A stretch of DNA of 64,000 nucleotides, taken from contig NC_043007.1 in NCBI RefSeq assembly GCF_006345805.1, positions 43,338,001 to 43,402,000 of the forward strand, read 5' to 3'. This stretch comes from Octopus sinensis (lineage: Eukaryota). Below the pieces are notes generated by a model that had not been told where the DNA came from, did not search any database, and saw nothing but the letters and a program-made list of their open reading frames with translations. Made by a program: the position numbers and the translations under genes. Positions 33,601-46,925 of this stretch are shown piece by piece. Position 1 is the first letter of the stretch. Each line of letters starts with the position of its first letter.

Positions 33601-36600
33601 TGATGACTTCATTTAGAGCCCAGCTCAGCGAAATGTCTCCTTTGAGACAGCTACCACTGTGATCTTTCCATATTTGAATGTACATGAACATGTTAAATAT
33701 AAACGTACATTTTATTTTAATCATTGCTGCATAATGTGCTTTTAATTAGATAATTCCATCTTTATAAGATGAACACTCACCAACAAATGTATTTTTTGTT
33801 ATTTACTTATAAGAACAGTAGTTCTTAGTGAGCTATAAATGATTGATTTGGTGTCTATAACTGACTAAGTGTAAGACACATGTTTCTGCAAAGTTACACT
33901 GACATCATTTGTAGTCCTGCTCAGTGCATTTTTACACATGTAATCTATAAGAATTCCTTCTGTGAGGAAGTTACCACAGCAAAGGTCTTTCTACATTTCA
34001 GTGAACTGAAATGTGTTAAATGTAAATTTACACAACTTTATTTTAGCATTCATGCTTTTCCACATGGTTGTTATGCAACATAAATAAAGCAAATTACTTC
34101 CAAATTGGAGCTGAAATCAAACCCCCACTTCATTCATTAAGAAATTACTGCCATACTATGATGACTGCTCTTATTGTAACAGTTCCTGAGTTAGTTTTTT
34201 CTGAAATTGAATTCTTCTCTGAATAATGATAGCAAATTATTTTTAAAGAAATAACTAAAATGCCATCATCATCAGTTCTGCTTTAGCCATACTGCCATTG
34301 TTTATCTCTTCCTCATGGGTTTATAATACAACATCCATCTATATATTATCTCTTCTTCATGACGCAAAGTTCACAAATAGTCCCAACTACTTTGATCTAC
34401 CACTGTTGCATATTCAATCACCAAACTATGACACTTTCTTCTACCATGTGTCATCAATACCTGTTCCATGTCTATATCAATATTATCAGTTTTCACATAT
34501 ATGTATTTGCCAATGTCTTTGTTACGTTTTTGATTTTTCAACTTAACTGCATTCAAACTTCTTCATAAATTAACATCATGCTTGCTTGTTCTTGTCCAAA
34601 ATGTCAACCTTCCCTGCAAATCCCTGTCTGCTAATATCTTTCCTACAGACATTGGTGTGCAGTTATTCAAGCTAAACATTAACCATACCATTCTCACCAA
34701 TCCCAGACAGCCTGTAATTAAATAAAATATACTCAATATACCGAATTTTTTAGACTGTAGCATTTATACTAGAATTTATATTAAGATTATATGGTTTACA
34801 ACATCATTTGTGTCACACTCAACTCCTCAGCTGAAAGATAATCTTTGCCATTGACTCATTTTTGGAGGGTAGAATGAACAACCATTCTCTTGAGTTTTTA
34901 ATCTACATTTAAATTCCTTAACACCCACCACAGTCTAAAATGTGGAACTCTACAATGTAGAATTATTTGTTCTTGTTTGTTAAGATGTTGTTAACTAGAC
35001 ATGACATCTATATTTCCATATCCAGATTCAAAGTTATATGGTTTATTATGAAATAGTCAAGTGAGTGCTAACATAGTTGATGTTGGTAGGGCTGTTTTGT
35101 ATGTTATAGGCCTTAGAATATATCTATGTGATCCCTACTATTTCTATCACAATAAATGACCACATAGAGGATGGACTACCTTTCGAGTTTGTTTAAAAGA
35201 TAGAAATTAAGAGTGCGATAAAATAATGAAAACTATTTACTGAGTAAGTGAGTACCATTAGACAAATGAATGAAATGAAAGATGTGTCTGACATATCAGA
35301 AAAGTTACACAAATTGGGAGTTAAATGCGTTGACTAGCAGAATACTACCCAGAGGGCAATTTTTCTGCTAGATAGTTTAATGATTAAGTCTAGTTGAGAA
35401 AGGCAAGAAAGACAACTTGAATTAAGAATTGAATGAAGATATGCATGAAATGTAAAACCTGAAATAAAATCAATGATGTGTGGCATGTGTTTTGTGTGTG
35501 TGTGTGTGTGTGTGCATATCTTTCTCTCTTTGTCATATATAATTTACAGACAAGAAAGTAAATTTTGAATGCAGTATAACTGAGAAAACAGCAGAGAAAG
35601 ATTGGGTGTTTACCCTTAGAAGACAGAAAAAAATTGCCAGCAGGCAGCTACTTTTTTCCATCTTCTAAGGGTAAATAACCAATCTTTCTTTGTTGTTTAT
35701 ACAGCTATACCGTGTTTGAAATTTGCTTCCTTGTCTGTAAAATACCAACACATTCGGTGTTTCCAAAGTCTGTTTATAAAATATTCTCATGCCTTTGCTT
35801 GATTCAATTCATAGTGTCATACATTATACATATATATATATACACACACACACATATACTTGTTGGCATTAGGAAGAGCATTCAGCCATAGAAACCACAC
35901 GAAAGTAGACACTGTAGCACTATACAGTCTTTGGACCCATCAGATCTTTGTCAAACCATCCAACCCATGTCAACATAGAACATAGATGTTAAATGATGAT
36001 GACAATCACAACACACACATTCACACCCACACACAAACAAATTCACACACACACACACACCATCATCATTTAGGTTCCACTGTCCATGCTGGCATGGGTT
36101 GGATAGTTTGACCAGGGCTGGCAAGCTGGAAGGCTGCACAAAACTCCAACTTGGCATGGTTTCTATGGCTTGATGCCCTTCTTAATGCCAGCCACTCTGA
36201 GAGTGTAATGGGTGCTTTTATGTGCCACCAGCATGCGTGTCATTTGTGTGACACAAGTATCTGCCATGACTGATTTTATTTGGTTTGATGGGTCTTCTCA
36301 AGCATGACATAATGCCAAAGATCTCAGTCTTGCCTTCGTTAAGGCCCAACATTCAAAACGAGCTCAGTCACCTTGCCTCTGTGATGCCTAATGATTGAAA
36401 GGTGCTTCTTATGTGCCAGTTAAGTGACACCAGCATCAGTCATGACTATGATTTCACTTGGCTTGACAGGTCGTCTCAAGCACAACATACCACCAACGGT
36501 CTTGGTCGCTAGTTATTGCCTCTGTGAGGCCCAAAGTTTGAAATCCTGCTTCACCATCTTGTCCTATGTCTTTCTGGTTCTACCTCTACCACAGGTTCCC

Positions 36601-37054
36601 TCAGCATTCTGTCATATATGGGTAAATACTCAATATTTCTCTGTTGTCCTTACAGCTTTACTGTGTTTGAAATTTGATTTCTTGTCTGCAAAATACCAAC
36701 CACGTTCGATACTTCCAAAGTTTTGTATATAAAATGATGTATTCGAAAGCTATTATTTAGCATTAAAATTGACAATAATTGTTGTCAGGAGAGCTGTTTA
36801 GCTTAATGATTAGAGCACTCAGCTGGTATGTGAGGAGTATAGGTTCAAGTCCTGTAGCTACCTGCTGGCAACTTTTTTCTGTCTTATAAGGATAAATACC
36901 CAATCTTTTTCTACTATCCTTTCAGCTTAAATGTGCTCAAAATTTACTTTTTTATCTGCAAAATACCAACCACATTTGATGCTTCCAAAGTGTGTGTATA
37001 TATATATGAGAATATATACAGAGAATTAAGTCTGGAATCAGCTGAGTTGAGCGG

Positions 37055-37107
37055 TCCCGACTGATGAGGCTACACAATTAGCCAAAACTGATCGATCAGT
37101 ATAGGGA
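37055..37107 (+). ncRNA. Type I hammerhead ribozyme motif with a G12A change, in the sense strand of alpha-SNAP intron 1
   Basis: TCCCGA-CTGATGA-GGCTA(CACAAT)TAGCC-AAAA-CTGATCGATCAG-TA-TAGGGA; stem III is the perfect palindrome ACTGATCGATCAGT. Confidence 0.7.
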
Positions 37108-37975
37108 ATTCTAGACCAGTGTTTGTGGGCAATTACAGTCCATGTCAATACATATGTATACAATTATTTGCTTTAACTACAGCATTAGGGCCTTTTAGCT
37201 CTTTTTTCTAGCATTGTAGGTGTTCTAATACCCTAGTCATATTTACTGACAATTATAGTATATGTGTAGGTGTGTATGTGTGTGTGCATGTATGTATATG
37301 TATATATACCCACACATTTAAAGAAATTCATGTGGAAGGAACTACTGCAAAAAGAAGAAAAGGGCTGAGAGAGTGAAAGCTGATCTCAGATAACTGAACC
37401 CTTCAAAAGAGATGACAAAAGAATACAAGAAAGGCTGAAATTCCATGTTGGAGAGAATTCTTCCAAGCCATACTTTACATACCTGCTCAAAAATACCCCT
37501 TAAAACTTCAAATACATTTGCCTTTGAAACTTAGTTACCCATCTCTAAAAATTAAACTTTAATTCAATAATAATAATTGACTTATCACTTAATCTAGTAG
37601 TCACTCAGATTATAGGTATATGCCACCTACAAACAAAATAGGATCACAGGAGCACAAAATAAACATGACCTGTGCAAGTCCAGAGCCAGCTTCATTTCCA
37701 GCAGACCACCTGTGCCTGATCTGTGGCAGAACCTTCTGTGGATGTACTATGACCCATCTTTTCCTATATGATGTCCTGTTTATTGTTGATAACAACAGAT
37801 GAAAATTAGATATATGAATTGTTGGCACATACTGATAGTGTTAGTAAAGAACAGTGTTATCTACAGTGAATATTTTAATAGCCCCCATGATTCTTAATAT
37901 GGGAAAGCAGTTAATTATCAATTGAAATTCAATAAACTAAATACAATTCATGAAATCTGTTCTTTCATTTTGCAG

Positions 37976-38055
37976 AAGTCCTTCCAAGACTGAAGAAGCA
38001 GCTGAATTATTTGTCAGGGCTGCAAATGCATTCAAGATGGCCAAAAACTGGGCTT
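37976..38055 (+). CDS. NAPA: alpha-SNAP exon 2 (80 nt)
   Basis: ttttgcag| SPSKTEEAAELFVRAANAFKMAKNWA |gtaagt. Confidence 0.95.
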
Positions 38056-38926
38056 GTAAGTTATGATGTTATGTCTATCAATTGCATTACTCTTATATGT
38101 ATCACAGTATTTTCACAAAGTATATAAGATAGAAATTATGTTTTTGTATAAGATGCTAGAAGCCATATCATAGAAATAAACATTTTTCTACAGATCTCTG
38201 AAGGTGAACATTGTTAGGCTTGGTTAAAACCTGTATGGTGACCATTTTTCTATCTAAGCACCATCTAGATCCGATATTATTTGGGAAAATTGAACTGGGG
38301 TTTGTGAGTAGCTCAAATCCCCTATTCAACGACATCTGAAAGTTAATGAAGTCACCTTCTTGGAAATGACCCAAATCAAGCATGCTAAGTCATACTTCAG
38401 TTTGATTTTAGTCCATGTAATACACTGTAATATATTGTTTCAGGGTGGTATTTAGTTGTATTAAGTGCAGTGTACTCATTTGTGATGTGAACATTTTTGT
38501 CTTAATTTTTTCTCTGTTTTGGTACAAAATTTCTAATCTTCATTTTCAAAATGTTAGGGAGTTAATCAAGGTAAACTTTGGCTCCATTGAAGTTGAGAAG
38601 GTACCTTAACTAAAAACAAAACAAAACACTCCCCGTTCTTTGATTGATTTGACAATTTCTCTGAGGTCTCTGATTAAGCAGCCTATAGTACAAATTATAT
38701 AGTTGGACATGCAACTCAAAGAAGTGAACATTTTTGGAATGTTAGCAAAATGTACCTTTTGGCTTTGAGGCTATAATTATTCTAGATTTTAGAGCAAAGC
38801 ATTCTAAGTCAAAAATTCTTTGGTTTTTTTTTCGGTATTTAGTAGTTACAGATAATTCAAAACCAGTTAATTATTGGCACATTTGACCTTCTGTATATCT
38901 ATTCTTTTTACCTTATTGTTTTATAG

Positions 38927-39043
38927 CTGCTGGACAATGTTTTTGTAGAGCAGCCCAGCTTCAGATTAGTCTTCAAAGTCGACATGAAGCTGCATCACAT
39001 TATGTTGATGCAGGGAATGCTTACAAGAAAGCTGATCCTAATG
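38927..39043 (+). CDS. NAPA: alpha-SNAP exon 3 (117 nt)
   Basis: ttttatag| [39 protein letters not shown] |gtaaga. Confidence 0.95.
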
Positions 39044-39169
39044 GTAAGAGTTGACTGTTTTTTTTTTCTTTTATCATCTTCCCTCAGTTTTACATCCTTG
39101 AGTATCTGGTTGTGAAGCAATGATTCAATGATATATTCATCTAACTCATGATGGCATGGAAAGACAGAT

Positions 39170-39330
39170 ATTAGCTTACAGCTGTTTCCGCTATAAGGTG
39201 CAGTGGACTCATTGTTGAAAGTCTCTGAGTAACACTTCATGTTTGAGGTTCTGATGAAGCTATAAAGTATTACTCAGTCACTCAACTATGAGTACACCAC
39301 CTCTTATAGCGGAAACAGTTGTAAGCTAAT
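39170..39330. mobile_element. 161-bp hairpin/MITE-like element in alpha-SNAP intron 3
   Basis: 28-bp terminal inverted arms (39170-39197 and 39303-39330, one G.U position) plus inner complementary blocks actcat/atgagt, gttga/tcaac and ctgagtaa/ttactcag. Confidence 0.7.
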
Positions 39331-39608
39331 CATTTCTTCCTTTGTTATCTCTTTTTTCTTATTATCACTTTGTACTTGACTAATGCTTTGTTCGGAAGCA
39401 TATGTATATTGAATTCTACACCAAGTTATTAGTATTGTAATGCCTAAGTGAAATAAATATATACATACATGCATACATGTGCACACACACACATGTTCTT
39501 CTGAATGTTTCTTGAAGTAAGCTGCAAATAATTGTTTTTATTATTTCATCCATTTCTAATGTCAATGTCACTTTAAAAACAATTTTATTTCTTTATTTTA
39601 TTGTGCAG

Positions 39609-39655
39609 AAGCTATCAACAGCCTCTTGAAAGCTGTTGAAATTTACACAGATATG
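39609..39655 (+). CDS. NAPA: alpha-SNAP exon 4 (47 nt)
   Basis: tgtgcag| EAINSLLKAVEIYTDM |gtgagt. Confidence 0.95.
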
Positions 39656-39953
39656 GTGAGTATTACTTAAACTTCTTGAATTCTTCTTCATAATTCCTTG
39701 AAACTGATTTCTCCCTTCAGCAGTTTTTAAATCTTACATACAGTTTTATTTATCATGAAAACTGCATTGCATTTAAAATTAATTTTAAAGTGCTATATGC
39801 AGTCTTGGTTTGAGGCTCCCTCTAATTGGTGTTAGAGCCCCTGAGGGAAACACAACTACTTATTTATTGCATATGAATGTAAATTTGAGTTTCTGTATTT
39901 TTGACAAATGCTCTGTAACAAAGACGTAAATAGTTTTGTTCTTTTTCTTACAG

Positions 39954-40031
39954 GGTAGATTCACTATCGCTGCCAAACATCATATTACTGTCGCTGAAAT
40001 ATATGAGAATGAGATGGCTGACATTGAGCAG
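39954..40031 (+). CDS. NAPA: alpha-SNAP exon 5 (78 nt)
   Basis: tcttacag| [26 protein letters not shown] |gttggt. Confidence 0.95.
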
Positions 40032-40079
40032 GTTGGTTATTTTCTTTTTGAGAAGTTGCCGTATTTGGATTGTGTTGTA

Positions 40080-42530
40080 TTCTAGAATAAGACATTTATA
40101 CACAACAGGGATGCTGTCAGTAAGGTGAGGGTTGGCAATGAGTATAGCAAAGGATTCAGAGTAGAAATAGGGGTTCACCAAGGATCAGTCCTCATCCCCC
40201 TCTTGTTCATCATAGTCCTATAGGCAATTCAAGACAGGCTGCCCTTTTATGCTGATGACCTTGCTCTTATAGCTGAATCACTACCAGAACTAGAGAAGAA
40301 GTTTCAGGTGTGGAAGCAAGGACTAGAATAGAAGGGCTTTAAAGTTTATCTAGCAAAAACCAAAGTCTTAGTAAATAGGAAAGCAAACAAATCACAAATC
40401 CCTTCAGGTAGATAGCCTGGTTTGATTTGTAGAAAAGGTATAGGTAGAAACTCCTTAAGATGTACCCAATGCCAATTTAAAGAATGCCACAGTATTGAAA
40501 TATGCAGACGACATCAAGCTGTACCTTGAAATCAAGAGGACAGATCCTGATGTCTACAACTTTCCTGCAATCAGACCTAGACACAATGCAGCAATGGATC
40601 ACAGATGGCAACTGAAACTGGCTGTGGACAAGTGTACCACCATGCATTTTGGGAGAAAAAACCCTGCGTTACATACTCCTCCACAACACTGATATCAAGA
40701 AATCCTCTTGCGAGCGTGACCTAGGCATCACTGTCAGCAGTGATCTGCGTTGGTCAAAGCATATCTCTAAGATTGTCAGGAAGGCGAGGGTGTCTTGGCA
40801 TCACTCAGCAGGTCTTTTTTAGCCACTCTCCAGCCATCTATTTAAAACTGTATACAGCTATGGTACGACCACACTTGGAATTCGCATCATCAGTTGGAAC
40901 CCCTATCTTGCACAGAACATTGACCTCCTGGAATCTGTCCAGAGACGTGCAACCAAACGCATACCCTCCATCAGACACCTACCATATTCTGAGCGCCTTG
41001 TTTCCCTGGGCATGGATTCACTGAAGCTCCGGCGTTTGGCGACGGACTTGGTAAACACCCACAAAGTTATCAACCACCTCACCAACAACAACACTGAACA
41101 CCTTTTTGATCTCCATGTGTCTAACACACGTGGACATGCCTACAAAGTCAGAAAACAATACAGCTCCCATGACTTTCGGAAACATTTTTTCACGCTCAGA
41201 GTTGCTGAAGCATGGAATAAACTGCCTGCGTCAGTTGTTGACTGCCATGACACTGCATCTTTTAAGGCCCTCATGCTTTCCGAAATCCGCCGAAACTTCA
41301 CCTGATTATATATACACTTTAGATGAGTTGTAGTGCACCTGAGCACTGTACACAATTATTATTATTATTATTATTATTAAGAGGTGTAGCAATATCAGAG
41401 GAAGGTTAACATGGAAGATAATTTGGTGTGTGGAAAGTGCAAAGGTACAATAAACACCAAAAATGTACAGAAAATAGATTCCATCACATGCCAGTGGGGA
41501 AAACTAGAAGTAGTTGATAGCTTCTGTTACCTAGGTGACCAAGTCAGTAGCAGTGGATGCTCTGAAAGCATAGCTGCAAGAATAAGAATAAGTTGGGCAA
41601 AGTTCAGAGAGCTCCTACCTCTGCTGGTAACAAAGGGCCTCTTGCTCAGAGTGAAAGGCAAACTGTATGATGCCTGTGTGTGAACAGCCATGCTACATGG
41701 CAGTGAAACATGGGCTGTAACTGCTGAGGACATGCGTAGGCTTGTAAGAAATGAAGCTAGTATACTCCACTGAATGTGTAATGTCAGTGTGTATGCACAA
41801 CTGAGTGTAAGAGTTGAACATAAGAAGCATCAGATGTGTGCAAGAGATACAACTGTGCTGGTTTAGTCATGTGGTGAGTATGGATGAGGACAGTGGAGGG
41901 AACCTGTGGAAGAGGTAGACCCAAAAAGACATGGGATGAGGTGGTGAAGCACTATCTTTGAATGTTGGACCTCATAGAGGCAATGACAAGCAACTGAGGC
42001 CTTTGGAGATATGCCTTACTTGAGAAGACCTATCAAGCCAAGTGAGATCGTAGTCGTGGCCAATGCCAGTGTCGTGTAACTGGCCTGTTGAAAGCACCCT
42101 TCAATCATTGGGCGATATGCTGTGCTTGTGAAAACCTGTCAAACCGAGTGAAATTGTAGTCATGGCTGATGTCAGTGCTGTCTGACATCCGTGCCAGTGA
42201 CATGTAAAAAGCACTGTTCATGCGTTGGTCCTCATGGAGGCAGTGACAGGTGACCAAGACCCTTGGCAATATACTGTGCTTGTGTTGATCTGCTGAGCCA
42301 AGTGAGACCATCTGATGCCGGTGTCGGGTCAATGGCACCTGTGCTGGTGGCATGTAAAAAGCATCTACTACACTCTTGGAGTGGTTGGCGTTAGGAAGGT
42401 CATCCAGCCATAGAAACTTTGCCAAATCATATTGGAATCTGGTGCAACCCCCTGGTTTACCAGTTTTCCGTCAAACTGTCCAACCCATGCCATCATGGAA
42501 GGTAGATCTTAAACAACAATGATGATGATT
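40080..42530 (+). mobile_element. 5'-truncated RTE-clade LINE in alpha-SNAP intron 5, interrupted by a CR1-like LINE
   Basis: SKVRVGNEYSKGFRVEIGVHQGSVL..LLF...YADDLALIAESL; resumes at ~41380 with LEVVDSFCYLGDQVSS..RIRISWAKFRELLPLL; repetitive 3' UTR and (ATG)n tail. Confidence 0.85.
40470..41378 (+). mobile_element. 5'-truncated CR1-like LINE with (ATT)n tail, nested in the RTE
   Basis: KYADDIKLY, MVRPHLEFASS; nearly identical to 59141-60070(-), with a shared 71-aa ORF-track peptide. Confidence 0.9.
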
Positions 42531-42695
42531 TCTATTCTCAGTCTACCCAGATGAAATCATGTGCTATATTAAATATTAGAGGAGGTAACAAATTGGCAGC
42601 TCTGTTAGGGCCAATGGAGAAACATTGACTTAATGTGATCTTAATTTAAAGATATTTTGTGTATTAGTTCATAGTATTATTTTTTTTTTACATAG

Positions 42696-42751
42696 GCTAT
42701 TTCTCACTATGAACAAGCTGCTGACTATTATAAAGGAGAAGAATCCACAAG
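42696..42751 (+). CDS. NAPA: alpha-SNAP exon 6 (56 nt)
   Basis: tacatag| AISHYEQAADYYKGEEST |gtttgt. Confidence 0.95.
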
Positions 42752-43486
42752 GTTTGTGACATTTCCTTTTTGGTTCTAATATTCTAATTTATATTTAAAA
42801 CAAATGACACATGTCGAGATTTACTTTGTGCTGAAATTTATTTGAATATTTCTTGTGTGATGAAATTTATTTAGAATTTAAATAAATTTAAACAAATTCT
42901 TCTCATATGCCACAAAAGATTTACTTAATGGACTGCTTTCCTTCATTCTTTTATGATGACAAAAAGAAAAAATAATATTTTATATGTGAAACAGAAACAA
43001 GTGTGATAAGGCATATAAATATTTGAATTTGCAAAGTTGTTAGAACTGTCCTGGAAATTGGAATATTGGGTAGATTTTGATACTGCAATATTCAAAGTTC
43101 AGTTCTTGCTGAAGTTCACTTTACTTTTCATCCTTCAGAGTCTTGATTTATCCATAATATTCCTCTCTCTAATCACTTCACCTGCCTAGGCATAAGCTGC
43201 AAAGTTTATAATAACATCAGCCAAGATAAATGGCTCAAAAGAGCTCAATTCTATCTTAACTATTTTTGGAAAATTTACATAATAGTTTAGAAGCAATTTG
43301 TATCTATCTTGATATTAAATATAAATATTTAGAATTTTCTTCTCTTTTGCTTGGTTAAAAACAAAAATTTGAATTTGTAGATCTGGCCATCATTTGAAAC
43401 TAGGAAAACAATATAAATAAATAAAAGTAAAGCAATGAGAATAAACTTTTTATTATTTGTTTTAAATTGCTATTCTTTTATTACAG

Positions 43487-43571
43487 TGCAGCTAATAAAT
43501 GCTTCCTGAAAGTGGCTCAATACTCAGCACAGCTAGAGCAGTACCAAAAAGCAATTGATATTTATGAAGAG
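43487..43571 (+). CDS. NAPA: alpha-SNAP exon 7 (85 nt)
   Basis: attacag| [29 protein letters not shown] |gtaggg. Confidence 0.95.
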
Positions 43572-43703
43572 GTAGGGGACCTGCTTTTTGTTTATGATGT
43601 GATGCTCTGGTGTGACCAGTGCGATTTTATTTTTATTGGCATGTTTCCAAAAAACACTGCATTATTGCTTAAAATCCTATGGAGTACTGGAAATTTTATG
43701 TAA

Positions 43704-45164
43704 TCTATATGCATAAAATTCTTTGTCTGTCTGTTCCCTATGCATTCTCAAATGACTCAACCAAATCAAATCGAATTTTACAAAGTAATAGTATCAGATC
43801 CTGTGAGTGTCAACATGTAATTTTTTTTTTTCATTTGGATTAAAACAACATAACATTGGCACTGGTTTGGTATTACGTGTCAAAAGTGAAAGAAGATCTG
43901 TATTGTAATGTGATATAATATTGTTTCACTTTTAATTCTAATGTGATAAATATTTGGTTAATTTATATTGTATGCAAAACTACATACAACTGCTTAAAAA
44001 AACCCAAAGAAATGATGTTATCTCTTAGAAACAAGTACAAAGCAAGAAGGATTGTAGAAAACTGAAGGTGAGAGTCTCAAGACAGAAGGAAGATGAGACT
44101 TACTCCAGATTAGCAAACGCATGTTGCACAATGTCAAATGGAGTCTCAATAGGGAAGAGAGATGAGACATTCCCAAGATCAGTAAAGACATGCAGCAGCA
44201 CATCAAATGCAGTCTCAAGACAGAAGCAAGATGAGATTTTCTCAAGATCAGCAAAAGCAGCATGTCAAATGCAGTCTCAAGATAAGCGAGATGAGGCTTT
44301 CCCAGGATCAGCAAAGGCCTGCAGCAGCACTTAATGCTGAATCATTACAACAATGTTTTGATGATTAGACAGAAATCCAAAAGAACAGCTCTCAAAAACA
44401 GATAACGTACAAATTCGTTCTTCACAACTCTTGGAGCTGCTTTCAGATATGATCCATCCCATTCTTATAAAAATGATAATTTTGTCCAAATTAGTGTACT
44501 GAACTCGAATTGTCGTTTCTGCAAAGCTTTAAAATTTCCGAATGAAACTATTGGCATGTGCTGCTCAGGCAGTAAGGTAAGATTGCCAGCACTACCAGCT
44601 CCTCCTCAACCTTTTATGGATCTTTTGGAAGGTACTTCCATCCAGTCAAAGGATTTTCTGAAAAATATCAAACAATACAATTCTGCATTTCAAATGACAT
44701 TATTTGACACATCTAAGGAGATAGTTGAACATGAATTTATGCCAACATTCAAAGTTCAAGGGCAAGTCTATCACCTCATTGCTTCCCTGTTACCCACAAA
44801 TGAACAACCACAGTTCCTCCAAATTACTTTATGACAACAAACCTGAAGGTGGTGTCAAAACTTCAGATGACGGGTTGTGCAAGACGCAGTGCTAACCGCC
44901 GCAAAGGAGAGTATTCCACTGACAGCTTTGCAGTACATTCAAAAATCACATATTTCCCACCCCCAATTTTCCATGACAGGTTAGGGCCTAGAGTACTCCA
45001 AATGGACACATGACATGTTGTTTAGTCGAATTAGTCCATCATTTACTCCACAAATGTTTTGTCATCAATGTTGCACTTTCCCATATCACCTGTTTCAACA
45101 TAACTGTAATATATACACAAACTATGCCATTTTAATCCCGAGCAACACTGGGTATCTCTGCTAG
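43704..45164 (+). mobile_element. Internally deleted Helitron (1461 bp) in alpha-SNAP intron 7
   Basis: A|TC...CTAG|T boundaries; 3' hairpin cccgagcaacactggg (45137-45152); Rep N-terminal relic C..CKALKFPNETIGMCCSGSKVRLP..FLKNIKQYNSAFQMT..FKVQGQVYH; short repeats at 44070-44340. Confidence 0.9.
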
Positions 45165-45772
45165 TAAATATATAAAATCTGTGTATTTGTGAAACCATAA
45201 AAGGAATCTCCAAAATCTTGCTGGTATCATGAAGCAGATTGCATAGGTCTCCAGTTTGCCTATTAGCTGCAATTTAGAGTACTAGGGTACTGGGATAACA
45301 ATTATGTCCTTTAGTCCAACATTACTTTGACTTAAACATCTATAAAGGCAACAGATTGGGCTGAGGCCAGAAAATTGGGAACTTATATCAAGCCTTGATT
45401 TACAAAAGGAAAGTCTTGTAAGACCACAACTGGAGAGTCAATCATGATAGAACAACAACAGTCTTAATGTTACTAAGTATTACCTCTGTAGTATTTATGC
45501 TGGAGATCTTCATTTCTTTGTTGGAACTCTGTAGTAGATAGTAAGAAGAGGTAATAAAGTAACTAATCATGTTCGTGCTATTATATTTTCCTTTTCTATA
45601 TCTCAGTTGAAAGTGTCATTAAAAAAACTCAAAATTTAAACCTCGAAACAGATCCTCTTTAATGAAGAGAATCTAAGAGGAAATTTCAAACAACATAAGA
45701 TTTGTGTTTTTAATCACATGGGGTAAATAAGGGAATGAGAAATTGTAGTTACTTGAAATCTGGAAGTTTTAA

Positions 45773-45985
45773 CCCTTTAGCATTCAGATTACACTGCGTC
45801 AAGTGTAAGGTTTATTTATTCATATTGGTCTGAATTAATCATGCATTATCTTGTAGCTTCAAGTTTCTGATGGTGTGATTATTTATTTTTAGAATGACAT
45901 TGTATAGTAGGAGTGAAAGGATGGATCTGGCTGGTTTGAGCATAAAACAGATGGAATACTTGGGCCAGATATGACTGGTTTGTCA
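45773..45985 (+). mobile_element. piggyBac-type MITE, right end not found
   Basis: TTAA|CCCTTTAGCATT left terminus only. Confidence 0.45.
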
Positions 45986-46751
45986 ATTATAAATTGACAA
46001 ATTTTCTAGAAACCATGTGTAACCATGTGTGTGTGTGTGTGTGTAATATTATCATCATTATCATTTAATGTCCACTTTTCCATTCTTGCATGGGTTGGAA
46101 TGGAATTTGATGAGGCAGATTTTATATGGCCAGATGCCCTTCTTGTTACTAACCCTTACCTGTTTCCAAGTAAGGTAACATTTCCTGGTGACCAGACATA
46201 TCTTAAGAGATTGGAAACAAAGGACACTGCTTGCATGATGATGACACTTGCTTACAACTATCATGTGATATGAAGGCAGGGAGACAGTAACACAGGTACA
46301 CACACACACAATGATGGGCTTCTTTCAGTTTCCGTCAACCAAATCCATTCGCAATGCTTTGGCTGACCTTGTGCTATTGTAGGAAACACTTGCCCAAAGT
46401 CCAAGATGCTACGCTGTGGGACTGAACCTGAAATTATGTAATTAGGAAACAAAACGTATTTTACACACAGCCACAAAACAGAATAAAACATGAAAATAAC
46501 TGGTTAAGCATAAAATGTTTGTGTAATTCTATTAATGTCTTTTTCTTTTTTTGTTAAATTTACATACATGAATATGCTCAACCACATGTAGCTTGTGTAT
46601 GCATTAGCCAAAGAAAAAATGCTATTAAGGATGTACAACAAGAAACACTAAAGCATTCATGAAAACACTTGCACACATTTCTTTATACAAAAAAGATAGT
46701 TACAATCAAACTGTTAGTAAAAATGCTTCAATTTTTTTCTTCAAATTTTAG

Positions 46752-46925
46752 GTTGCTTCTGCTTCAATGGAGAATTCATTATTGAAATACAGTGCTAAAG
46801 ATCATTTCTTTCGAGCTGCTCTCTGTCATATGTGTAATGATATTGTTAATGCTAAACTGGTGATTCCAAAATACGAGGAGATGTTCCCGGCATTCTCTGA
46901 CTCAAGGGAGTGTAACTTATTAAAG
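46752..46925 (+). CDS. NAPA: alpha-SNAP exon 8 (174 nt)
   Basis: attttag| [58 protein letters not shown] |gtatgt. Confidence 0.95.

Noticed and set aside
33600-33670. CTGATGA with downstream hairpins (hammerhead or C/D snoRNA candidate); similar C/D-like boxes at 34156-34222
   Set aside because: No U16.1/NUH site after stem III, and no terminal stem or recognisable rRNA guide; not supportable by eye.
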